Shown here in pieces: positions 1 to 11,931 of a DNA stretch of 64,000 nucleotides. The translations under genes were made by a program, and so were the position numbers. Origin of the DNA: Magallana gigas (Eukaryota); the NCBI RefSeq assembly GCF_963853765.1, contig NC_088854.1:23312001-23376000 (forward strand), written 5' to 3'. Position 1 is the first letter of the stretch. Each line of letters starts with the position of its first letter. The notes beneath the pieces were generated by a model that did not search any database, had not been told where the DNA came from, and saw only the letters and a list, made by a program, of their open reading frames with translations.

Positions 1-2645
1 GGTCTGTTCCTTCCTTGTCACACTTTGTGATCAAATGCTTCATGACTTTCACTGCAGATTCTGCTTTTCCGTTAGCTCTTTGGTGATTTGGTGATGATGT
101 TACATGCTTTATTCTCCATTCAGTGGTAAATTTATGGAGTTCACTGGAAGTAAACTGGGGTCCACCATCTGTGACAATAATTTTGGGAATTCCAAAGTGA
201 GAGAATTGCTTCTTCAGAGTTTTGATAAGTTTTACTGAGGTTGTTGTCGGCATTAAGGCAATGTCAATATAGTTGCTATAATAGTCAATGCTGACCAGGT
301 AAGTATGATTCTTTATTTGGAAGAAATCTAATCCTATTTTCTCCCAGGGCTTGGTTGCATCATCAGGTTGGGTGAGTGGAGTTTTCGTTGGTCTAGGTTT
401 CATCTCCTGACATGCATAACAATTGTCGGCTATTTGTCTAATCTCACTCTGCATGTTTGGCCAGAAAATGGTTCCTCTTGCTCCGGGAATCATGGAGTCG
501 TATCCCAGATGAGCTGAGTGAAGTCGATGCTTGATATCGCGGCGTAGTGATTTTGGTATCACTATTGCTTCGCCTTTGACCACAATGCCGGTATAAACAC
601 TTAAAGTTTCGCACAAATCAAAGAAATGTCTGACTGAGTCTTTTATCAGGTTCTTTTTTTCAGGCCATCCCTGTGTGATGTATGTAATCAGGCACTGTAA
701 TTCAGAATCTTCTTCTGTTGCTTTGCGGATCTCTTCAAGACGCAAGTCTGAGATGTCAGGATCCATGCATATGCTCATGATCTTCGGGCGTTCATCAGAT
801 ACTTCTACAGTCGCTCGGCTTAGCGCATCTGCTATCACAAGGTCTTCGCCTTTATCAAACTTGAACGTTATATCATATCTATTTAGTTTCATCATAATAC
901 CCTGCAGTCGACGAGGAGCAGCTGATAGAGGTTTTCTGAGAATCGCTTCTAGGGGTTTGTGATCATTTTCAATGATGACTTTTCTGCCATAAGTATACTG
1001 ATCAAATCTTTCGAGTCCAAATAAGATAGATAGTGCCTCCTTTTCAATCTGAGCCCATTTTCGTTGCGCTGAGGTAAGTGATCGAGATGCATACTCGATA
1101 GGTTTTCCGTTTTGCAGGAGGACAGCTCCAAGACCATCTTTGCTGCTATCTGTCTGTAAGGTCAATTCCAGATCAGGATTAAAGTACACAATAACAGGAG
1201 TACCCGTAAGTTGCTTCTTGACGTCAGTAAATGCTTTCTCACACTTCTTAGTCCAGGCCCATGGAGCGTTTTTGCGTGTGAGAGTTCTGAGTGGTTCGAG
1301 AGTTGTAGATAGGCTAAGCAGGAATTTGGCCATGTACTGAACAACACCACAAAATCTTTTCACACCAGAAATGTCTGTTGGGCTTGGCATGTCAATAATA
1401 GCCTTGATTTTTCCATCATTTGCTTTCACCCCTTCACTAGTAATCTTGTGTCCATGGAATATGATCTCTTTCAGTCCAATCACCTTCTTATCATCATTCA
1501 GGATGATCTTCGCTTGCTTGCATCTAGAGTACAATAGTTTCAAATTTTCAGTGTTGTCATGTTCAGCCTCCGAAATAGTATCTCCACATCCAGTAACAAT
1601 GATGTCATCAGCTATTGTGAGCACACCTTCAATGTCACCAAAAGCTTCGGTAAGTTTTCTCTGGAAGATTTCCAAATGGGAGTCTTGACCATCTGTATCG
1701 ACCAAACGGAGTGATCATTGTCGTCAACAAGCTTGATCGATCATCCAGTTTCACATGCCAGTATACTTCTTTGATGTCCAATTTGCTAAACAGCTTGGCT
1801 TTCTGATGCTTGGGTAGTATGTCATCAAGAGTTGGTAATTTATAGTGTTCACGCAATAATGCTGAATTTAAAGCTTGTGGATCAATACAAATTCTCAGTT
1901 TTCCATTTGCTTTGTGGACCACAGCCATCTGACTGACCCATCTCGTCGGTGTAGTTACTGGAACAAGGATCCCTCTGTCTACTAATTTGTCTAGTTCTGA
2001 TTTGTCTCTGTCCTTGATAGCAAGTGGAAGTTTTCGGCAAGGGAGAGTTTTCGGCTGAACTTCGTTGTCTACCACGAGTGTAGCTTCACCAAGGTCACCT
2101 AGGTCTGATGTGGTATCCACCATCGATATGAACTTTTAGTCGTTCACGGTAATAAGGTTCATCTTCTGTATCACCTGAAGTCCTAATAAACTCTGCAGTT
2201 TATTGCTTACAACGGCAAATGTTACATTCATCACTTCATTCGATTTCGGATTGGTAACTGGTAGGTCAACTTCACCTAGAGTTTTCAAAGGTGTTGAGTC
2301 ATAGACACGAAGAGTAGATGAGGACGGGCGCACTTGTTCCTTACGAACATACTTCTTCTGAATTGTGTTTGTTTGTGCACCGCTGTCCAACTGAAATCGA
2401 ATGCTGCAGTTGTTCGCATTCATGACAGCTGTCAATGTGGTTTTATTGGCATGCACAGCGTTGAGCCACAATTCGTCTTCATCTGTTGTGTCACTATAGG
2501 ATTCATTTTCAACTAGGTTGATACTTTGACATTTCACGCTAAAGTGGTTCTCTTTGTGACATTTGTTGCACGTTTTCCCCAATGCTGGACATGATTCCTT
2601 TCTCATAGCATGTTTCTTTCCACAGAACTTACACATTTTCACTTG
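1..2645 (-). mobile_element. Ty3/Gypsy LTR retrotransposon gag-pol remnant (gag knuckles, protease, RT, RNase H, integrase); 5'-truncated and running off the left edge
   Basis: Minus-strand motifs in Gypsy order: CKFCGKKH..C and CNKCHKENHFSVKC knuckles (~2530-2640), FQLDSGA protease (~2380-2400), RT LREHYKLPTLDD..KLDIKEVYWH..PFGRYRWSRLPFG and TIADDIIVTG (~1600), RNase H TDSSKDGLG..EKEALS..DHKPLE..ADALSR (820-1150), integrase HSAHLG..C..C, VTDGGPQF, NGKAESAVK (50-520). Lesions: in-frame TAA at 2136-2138 and a frameshifting deletion at ~1673. Motifs checked between 1 and 1672 are all in one frame. Confidence 0.95.
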
Positions 2646-2845
2646 AGCAAACAAGACAGGACACGGCATTATCTGCATAACATAGATTTATCTAGAACTA
2701 CACACATGCGCACTTGACACAAATACAAGTATGGTAACACGTACACAACATAATTCGATATACATGTATTACAATTAATCAACAGAGCGTGAAACTAAAT
2801 AACTAACACTTAGTATTCCGAATATAGACCTTGATAAAAACTCAC

Positions 2846-3533
2846 TGTCGATGTAAAAACTGCTGTAAGTTTGACTTTTATACATGTCGGCCATACTTGA
2901 TTTTTATATCCTGCTGTTGTTAAACCGGTTTAGATAGTTCGAATCTCTGCCATCAAATTCAATGAAAGCCACTGATTTATCCTGAACGTTCAGCTCAAGT
3001 TTGACCTTTATTAAAAGAAAGGATCATGATAATCTAAAAGAATTGAAAAAAAGAAGTGATGTATTTTCTCAAAGGACATAATGAATAATAAAATTCATAC
3101 GTATGTAATTCTACAAAGATGACATTGATTTTTGTGTTAACTGGTTTTGCATTGCCAATCAATGAATATATCGACTTTATTAAAAAATTCTAGCTAATTA
3201 GCTAGAAACCAGATCGCTATAATAACTAATTAAGTTAATATGTACGTAATATCATCTGTTTTGGAACCTTTTGGAAATTATCTTGTTGATATTCAAGAAA
3301 TTGAGGTACCTTATTGATATTTAGGCAGTCCCGGTGATCAATACTAGTATAGGGACTCTGTAACACCTTTGTAGTTGATTTATATGTTTCAAATCTGGCT
3401 TGCGGCGGCAGACAACCATTACTGATCGAACATGGGCAGTTTCCGGATACGATATCACAACTGTTGTGCATGGTTTTCCAAGCTTCTAAGACTTTTTCCC
3501 CATTTCCGCTAGGTGCATGGAAAAGTAGCGCCT
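2846..3533 (-). pseudogene. Pseudogene copy (exons 2 and 3) of the ~230-aa secreted family
   Basis: Exon 3310..~3533 (K*ALLFHAPSGNGEKVLEAWKT..CLNINK) has TGG>TAG at the conserved Trp. Exon 2846..3005 (VKLELNVQDKSVAFIEFDGRDSNYLNRF..) has TAA at 2904-2906 and is 160 nt versus 161 nt in the paralogues. Exons 1, 4 and 5 were not found; the Gypsy remnant lies immediately downstream. Confidence 0.85.
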
Positions 3534-4984
3534 ATTTTTCTAAATAAATTTCAAAGTTATTTAAAAATTACATTTTAATATTCTATTTTAACAACATAAA
3601 AGATAAAGTAAACTAGCACAATAAAATGTTTATTTCACACTCCCGATCCGGGGGAGAGAGAGTATACTGTTAAATCCTAATTATCGTGTTCGTCTATCTG
3701 TACGAAACAATTTTTTGTCGTAGTTTTCTCAGGAACTACTGTTTGCGGATGCTTTACATTTTAACACGCTCTTCTTCAGCATGCCATTTTGTCTGATTTT
3801 ATTTATACAGATCTGATGTAAAGAGCTAAAGCCACGAAGGGTGCCTAATATCCAAATTTAACAATATTACCAGGAAACAATCTCAAAACAATGAACATCA
3901 CAAAAATATAAGCCTCGGTTTGGTTTGGTTCCTATCAATGGTGTAGGGCGCATGGAAAGAGCCTGTGTTTAACGTTGGATTACAAACGCTTTATGACGTC
4001 ATATTAAAAACAATGGCATTAGCTTTTCATGAATAAATTCAAACTACTGAAATTATTTAAAATCAGTGCACAATTATAATGTAAAATTCAATCAACCCAA
4101 ACACCAGAGAAAAACATTTACATTCACATACATTTCATGGATCATTTGAGCTTCAATATGTTTTTTTAAATTTCTTGCTGAAAGTAAATATGATTATAGT
4201 AATCCGTCATCTTATTTTATTTTTAAGTCAGTAAACAAGTGTTTAAACGTTCAAATCAATTTAAACCTTATACTCCAAAAGCTGGTAAGTACAATGTACA
4301 TCAGATAATGCACGGAGCCTTTTTTCTAGCGATCGGGGGGAGTGGGTATACAAGAAAAATTTTACGTGAATCGCTTGGAGTTTCAGGCAAAGCGTGTACA
4401 CAACATGAGCAAAGCGTGTATCGTGTTAAACGGTTTTTTTTTTCATGCGGTTCCTCCTTAAGCATTTACATGGACAGTAAGAACAAATAGAATTTGCGTA
4501 GAAAGTCGTTCATATTTTTCATACCGGTATAAGATTCAAATACACAATATTAATCAAGATTTTATATACAGTTATATACATTTTATATACAGTTTGAAGA
4601 TATGACTTCTATAGACATAATTCTAAACAAAGTTGTGGTAATATTTTACGTTTTTCTTACGTTAATAGCATATGACAAGCATCCCCATAGCTCGTACATG
4701 TATTTTCCTTATATAACTGAAATTATTTTGTTGTGAACAATCAGAAAACATATCACTTGGATATTTCATAAGACCCGATTTAGCTTAACCAGTCACTCAA
4801 GCTCTGTTGATTTTTTTTTTGGGGGGGGGGGGGTGCTGGATTGTGAAGTGTTTCATTGTTGTCATCAGCAGTCATTAGAAGTAACTTTAAATAAGTTTGA
4901 ATATTAATTTTGATGAATTATACAATTTAAATGTCAGTGTTTTTCCTAGAACATTTTTTATGCATGGGGGGAGTTTTTCAGAGT

Positions 4985-5205
4985 TAAAAGCGCCCCAGCT
5001 GGCGCAAAATCACTGCGCATTTAAATAATATAACCATGCTCTATTATTGTTTTTTTTTGTCAGAGGAAGTTTGTCAGAGTTAGTGTGCGGTGCAGCGTAA
5101 AAGCGCCCCAGCTGGCGCAAAATCACTGCGCATTTAAATAATATAACCATGCTCTATTGTTGTTGTTTTTTGTCAGAGGAAGTTTGTCAGAGTTAGTGTG
5201 CGGTG
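4985..5205. repeat. Near-perfect ~108-bp direct duplication, period 113
   Basis: 4985..5092 and 5098..5205 both read TAAAAGCGCCCCAGCTGGCGCAAAATCACTGCGC...GTTAGTGTGCGGTG and differ only in a T/G-rich tract. Confidence 0.9.
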
Positions 5206-5902
5206 TCAATACATTTACATCAAACTTCATTCAACTTATTTTGGACAGTGGATATTTCCTGTTTAAATCGGGGTTTATATAAAGGTTTCTGTGATATCTT
5301 GACACCAGTCCCCTTCCCTTTACATACATGTATGTACATAGTCAATCATTTTTATAGGCATAGTATATACGATGTTTTTATTCATGTGACAACGCCTCCG
5401 TGTATTACCTTTATTCTCAAATTTCCAATATCCTTGTGACAAATAAACAGCTCACGCATATCGAAACCAAGCTAACACCATCGAGCGAACATTGTGCTAT
5501 TTTTAGATCTTGGAAAATCCACAACATTCGATAATGGCGGAGATGTCGAAGAAGGTACATTATATTGAAACAAGAAGTAAACAAGCCTTTATTTATGCAT
5601 TTATTACCAATTAATAAACTCAGTTTTAATATATCTCAATTGTCCTTTCACCATGTTAACCGTTACCACATGAGCCCCCCTTGCTGAGATCGATGTCGAA
5701 GTTGACGACGCTCTATGCGGGTGCAAGCTTGAGCGGAGAAACAACAACTGCATATCTACTCTGTTAAGATGTAAAATAAACGGCAAAAAATGAAACACTA
5801 TAGAATAAAACCTACATCTCCATGAAATTGAACATACTTAAGAATTCCAATTATTGGAACGAATTTAAATATCTTTCGTAGACATGCCGTTATACAAATC
5901 TG

Positions 5903-8490
5903 GGGCCCGTTTCATAAAGCTGTCATAAGATTTATCATAAGACATGTCTTAAGATTGTCATAAGATTTGACTTGTGCTTATCATAAGATATGTCATAGCT
6001 GTTTCACAACGCTGTCATAACTTTAACTTATCAAGATAATTATTATAGAAGCGATTGCATAAAATTCAATGAGTAAATTGTAAAGTAACGAATTAATTTA
6101 CGAAATCTGCAGTATAAATATATATTTAATAGCATTTGATTACTGGATACTTTATAATGTACCGTATGTTTTTGTACTTTCTTTTGATAAGAACAATAAA
6201 GACAAATCAGTGAAGAAAATAGTGTTCTTTTATTGATTGATGATTAATAAGGAGGCTGAATGTTTGAAAGATAAATCTATAAAAATGTAAAATGATAATT
6301 TTGAAACCATACAATCGTAATTTTTTTCTACAGTAATTCAAAATCGTAATCTACTGACCATTTGGCCTCCTAAATACCTGTATACAAATGCATGTCTCGC
6401 ATTAAAATAATGAAATATCTTTAAATTACTATTACTATATCATTACCAGTATCTAAAACAACAGAAACAATTTAAAAATGTTAATACAATTTGAATGAAC
6501 ACAATATTCGGAGGAAAGATGGCAATTACTTAGTTCTCAGAATCGAGTTTGAATTAGTCCGTCATTGTTTACTCTTTGGAATATAACATTGTCTGGTGGT
6601 TGAAAAACTATATAATTGTTTATGTTTCGGGGTAGATGGACGTTGTTTTTTATGCAAATGTTATGTAGCACCACACAAGCAGTCACGATTCCACAAGGTC
6701 TCTCGGGCCGGAATAGTAGGGTCCCTCCGGAGCGATCGATGCATGGGAACCTCATTTTAAGGACACCAAACGCTCGCTCAATTGGAGAACTGGTTTTAGC
6801 GTGGGCATCATTGTATGCCTCCTCATGGGGGTTGCTTGGGTTCAAGACGGGTGTTAGTAAGTGATTCTTTAACGGGTACGCACTGTTACCAACTAGACAA
6901 CCTCTGTTAATGTTGCCATTCTCAAACATTTGACACAAAACAGAATTTGAGAACACATATGCGTCATGAGATGATTAAGGCCACTTTGCTACCAAATTCA
7001 AAAATTTCAAATTGGAATTGCAAACTGCAATCACATTTATTGAATGAACGTTTTTTCTGCTAACAAACAAATACTCATGAGTTGAAGGTGCCTGAATGGG
7101 AATATGTGTCCCGTTTATTGTCCCTATCACATTTGGGAAATTACATATATGAGCGAAGTCCAGTATAGTATTGTTTATACAATACTGTCAGTAAATGGAA
7201 ATTTAATGTAGACAAGACTTAAGGCAACTAGAGTAGATGTAACAGCGTAAACAATTCTGGACACACTTGCTTTACTCAAACCATGAAGATCTGCATATAT
7301 ACAGCTTGAAAACTTCCACTTTCATAAAAGCGAAGCGCAACCATATTGCATGAAAATGCAATGATGTTGGAAGGGCATGTCATTTTTGGTTGGGTGCTCT
7401 AAACGATCATTACATGGAAACATACATCCGTGGATTAGAAACTCTGAACCAGACTGAAGAGTGTTATGGAAACTTATTGGTACCTGTAGTCTTGAGAAAA
7501 CTACCATCAAAAATCAGACAGAACTTGGCTAGAACCCATGGAGGAGATGACTGGACACTTGGTGATCTGAGGAAAGCCATTGGACATGAGCTGTCAATTC
7601 TTGAAGCTGGATCGAACACTGATGAAGATTGGTATTACAACGACTCAACATGTCAGAGACGGCAACTTTTATGCAAAGGCATTTAAGGGAAAGCCGACTA
7701 ACAATAGAAGACAGCAATTCTTTCAACACAAACCAAACTTTGAAACCAGAGATGCACACGAGTATCAAAACAAATCCTGTGTATTTTGTGATAATATTAA
7801 AAATGTAATATCATCAATATATTCATTATTGATATGATATTTTTGAAATATGTAAGGACAGAAATCAAACGGCTTCCATACATTCTGAAAAGGTCATTGT
7901 GATTTATGGTAGAATTAGATTGGCAATCATTTTTGGATTCATTCAACTCTGGAGTTCATGACAATATCAGTTTAAGTGATGTTCAGAAGTTCAATTACTT
8001 GAAATCACTGCTCCTGGGTGATGCTTTATCAGTGGTAGAAGGATTAGCGCTTATCAATGCCAATTATATAAAGGCCATTGATCTACTGAAAGAGAGGTAT
8101 GGACAGCCACACAAAATTACTCGAATTTATATGCAAGCATTATTGGACCTACCTGAACCAACTGATGCTTTACACATGCAGATTGAGGGAATTCTATGGC
8201 TCATTACATAAGTCAAAGATAACATGTTGTGGCAAACGGGACTTCTCTAAGATGTTAAAATCGTCCATATGATCTAACGGGTTGATTCCTGAATACACCC
8301 TCACGCCTATTTCTATCAAAACATGTTTAAAATTGACTTAAGAGAAGTATCTGGGTGTCTTAAGATTTTGAACAATTTTAAGATTATCATAAGTTACGAC
8401 ACATTTGTGAAACAGCTATGATAAAAACTTATGACACATTTTGGTCTTAAGACAGATATTTGTCATACGATAGCTTTGTGAAACGGGCCC
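5903..8490 (-). mobile_element. PIF/Harbinger DNA transposon with a decayed HARBI1-type transposase
   Basis: TIR GGGCCCGTTTCA(T/C)AAAGCT at 5903 and inverted ending at 8490, with subterminal CATAAG/CTTAAG repeats. Minus-strand transposase ~8310 to 6537: NPLDHMDD..RLPQHVIFDLC, FPNVIGTINGTHIPIQAP, AKWP*SSHDAY (TAA 6975-6977), LVGNSAYPL, IERAFGVLKMRF, ACVVLHNICI. Two catalytic Asp positions read Asn. No clean TSD. Confidence 0.9.
7416..8200 (+). mobile_element. BEL/Pao retrotransposon gag (DUF1759-like) fragment inserted in the Harbinger transposase
   Basis: METYIRGLETLNQTEECYGNLLVPVVLRKLP..WTLGDLRKAI..EAG (7414-7610), CVFCD knuckle start (~7780), and WQSFLDSF..LSDVQKFNYLKSLL..KERYGQ..YMQALLDLP (7915-8165). 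TCATTACAT occurs at both junctions (7407-7415, 8201-8209). Confidence 0.88.
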
Positions 8491-11400
8491 AGTGAATGTT
8501 AATTCATTCATTTCTTTTTTAAAAAACGTATAGACAAATCAATACACGTTGTTCGAGTTATCGCCATTTTTGTAAACAGTGACCATGGCGACACGGTGAT
8601 AAGTGTTATATTATGATGGATTTATGCAGTTATCATAGAACAAAGAGATACTTTAAGAGTTTACACGTTATCAAATTACCTTCTTATTTTAAGAATCATC
8701 GTATTGATAAGTTGACTTTGGCCTTTTAATACAAAATCAACGGTCATAGGCGAGCTATACCTGCAATATTAAGACGACGTACCTGCATACGCTTAGTATA
8801 AAAACGAGTGTTTTTCGTTTTCAGTTAAAACTAACGAAAGGAAAATTTATCAAACAAAATAAAATTAATATTTTTGCATTTCAAAACATTTATGTAATCA
8901 GACAAGCAATGTAGCGACATTATTTTAAATATATCTGAGGGGTATTCCCCGTGATTCTACTGTTCCGATGAGTGTGAAGCTGATAGTAAAGTTGGATTTA
9001 AGATGTGGACACACCTCTTGAACAAAATAAAAGTATGCAGGTTTTTTTTCTATTCTCTTCTAAATGAAATATATTTAATTTTGTTCGACGGGTGTGGCCA
9101 TCTTTATTTGGAATAAATGTTATAAAATTGATAGTGTTTAGCGAAAAACGCTAAAGCGCGCGTGTTTAAACGTCTACAGTACAGGTATGTCGTCACAGCA
9201 GAATTTTTTTAAGTACATATCCGGAATACGGATGTTGTCATATCACCAAGCCTAAGTAAAAATTCCTGTACAAAAAATTTCCGAACATTTTCTTAGGAAT
9301 GACCGTCAACAAAGTAGTAAAGACGACTAAATAGAAAATATATTTGTTTGGAAACACAGTGGGCTGATGTCCAGAGTTTTAATGTGCATATTATCGAATA
9401 TTTAAGTTACGTTATTCAATCTTTCAAATGTCATTGGTTATCCTTAATGAGACCATGAAGACGCTTATTTTCATATTTTATTCTATGCATAGCAATGTCA
9501 TGAGATTATTAAAAATTGTTTAAAACCTTGATGAATAAATTATAGAATTAAATCGGGATATATTACTATTTGTATAATTAAGATACTTACTTGAAAATTA
9601 ATACCGAGTTTAAACTCTATTTTGTCAGATTATAATGAATATTGAAATTTTTAGGTTGACGTGGAAATGGCCTCGTATGATTCCTCGTAAGACTCATTAA
9701 ACAGACTTCACCCTATGCAAAATTAGAGGTTAAACAAATTAACTGTAATTGGATATAAAAGGGATAATTAGCATACCTTTAAATTCACACATGTCAGCTT
9801 TAACATGAATTGTCCTTTTTCTCATTAAAACATCTCTGCTAAATCGATTCTACAAGTTATAAATTAATTGAAATTTGAATCATATTAACAGCAACACTTC
9901 CAATATAAGTGAATATGAGTGTGAGGAAAGTGTGAATGAAAGGATACTTATTCAAAAAACTGTATTCATTTTATTTAATATTTTTCTTGAAGAGTGAAAT
10001 AAAAAAAAAACATCTATATTTATTTAATAGTATGTATGTTAATAGTATGCTAATAGTAATGGAAAAAAGTTTACCTGCCAAAGGGTTCCTCGTTTACAAA
10101 TGTAAAAAAAAAAGTTCAAATTTGCTGAGAGGGCATTTGGAGTGTAAAATTACCTAATCTACCAAACAGAACTAAAGACAAATTAAGCATTTATTTTATT
10201 TGCCCTCAATAAAACCATTAGATAACTATTAGAATGATAGCAAACACATAAAGGTGTTAAATCTTTCAAAAATGCAAGAAAGACGAAAAATAATAAAGAT
10301 CTAAGGAAAATAGTAGACAAAACGAACATCAGACTGCGTTTATCATTGATCTGGCAGAACTGCACTACGATGGAACAGATTCTTTCGTCAATTCCAAAAA
10401 TATCTTGAAGAGGACAACTCTTTTTGCACAAGTTTATTTCCATCGGACATTTTTTTCAAAAAAATTAAAAAGAATTTATTTCAATTAGCAATGCAAAAAT
10501 GCAAGTAAATCTCAAGTAGAGAGCAGAATATAATTGTTATCAAAACACAATTCAAGGCTTTTGTTCTTTATTTAATCATGAAAGTTGGACAATACATCGG
10601 ACACACCTTGATTTGGCAACAAAAACTTAAAACACATTTAAAGCTAAAGCTTTACAAATTTCAAAATGTAAGTACAAAGCATGACTTAATAGTTTATATA
10701 CATGTAATTAATATAACATTGATATTATTAGTAAAATAATCAGATACTGTTATTATCAAATTCAATTACGATAATTGGAAGCATTTATTGTTTCAATAAG
10801 AGGGGAAATACAATTTTTAATAAGAGGTGAGCTAGAGCAGATAAAAATAAATAAAATTTAGGGACCTATCAGTAGATAGCCCGAACTGAAAAAGTTTACA
10901 TATATATATTTCATAAAAATGATATATGTGATAGTTTAATGTTTTATCAGCTCATCTTGAAATGACAATGTATTTTTATATTTAAAAAGAACATTTCACT
11001 TCGTACCTTATGTACTTCTTATAGTGTTGGGGTCAGTGGGTAGAGGACAGCTTTCATATCTATATACATATCATCTTCTTATTGAAAGAAATTTAAAAAA
11101 TGATTTGAATTACATGTCTTTTAATTATTAAATGTTATCAAATAAATTAAAATCATGTGTAATTGACAATTTGATCAAATTGGTAAAAATAAATTAGCAT
11201 GAACAAATAGCAACTTTATAAATAGGCCATAATAATGACCAACCACTGATGGCATATTCTATTTCTGATTAGTATACCACTGACACACAAGAGGCTTTGA
11301 GCAAGATAACACTTGTTTTATTGATCAAAATTTTTACCTCTGTATACTTCATCTTAATAATAATTACCTTAATATATGCATTAATCCATGAATAGACCTT

Positions 11401-11564
11401 CCATGAACCATGACATGAGATCGAAACCATAATAAAACAGTATAAACTATGAGATTATAATAACTATCTAAGACTCTAATTATCAAGCTAAAAATGGTAG
11501 AATACCTTTCTTGTTCATCTGTAGTCCTGAATGTTCAAGTAATCCATCTATTGAGAACATTTAA

Positions 11565-11931
11565 GGTAAGGTTTGCGGCTTGCATTTTTTAGAGGTTATA
11601 CCAAAGTTACATACCATTTTGTTCACTATACTAAAGTCTTTTTTCTCATGAAATTCAAATGAATTTTGCCCGTCTCGTTTTATAACTACAAAAGGTCAAA
11701 GTTCATGATTTCATATTTTCATTTTGATGAAATGTAAACAATTTCGTGAAAATATGTACATTTTATATGTGACTATTACGGGGGTTATTTATGCTTAAAA
11801 TGTTCGAAAATAATATCACTATTAATATCACGATTCACTTTTATTAATTTCTGATGAACTATCTAAAAATAGAATAAAATGCAACAAAAGTCTTAATTTT
11901 GGACTACTATTATGTAACCGCAAACCTTACC
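11565..11931. mobile_element. 367-bp MITE with TTAA target duplication (Kolobok-type ends)
   Basis: TTAA|GGTAAGGTTTGCGG (11565-11578) ... CCGCAAACCTTACC (11918-11931)|TTAA: perfect 14-bp TIR. Confidence 0.85.

Noticed and set aside
675-1688. Plus-strand ORFs over the Gypsy region, also 6616-6864 and 7322-7768
   Set aside because: Antisense or alternate-frame shadows of retrotransposon and transposase coding sequence.
2136-2138. Programmed stop-codon readthrough in the Gypsy element
   Set aside because: The TAA lies between protease and RT, not at a gag-pol boundary, and the element has other lesions; a point mutation is simpler.
5530-5800. GC-richer patch with ATGGCGGAGATGTCGAAGAAG|GT as a possible first exon
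   Set aside because: No downstream exons or homology found, and it does not match exon 1 of the secreted family.
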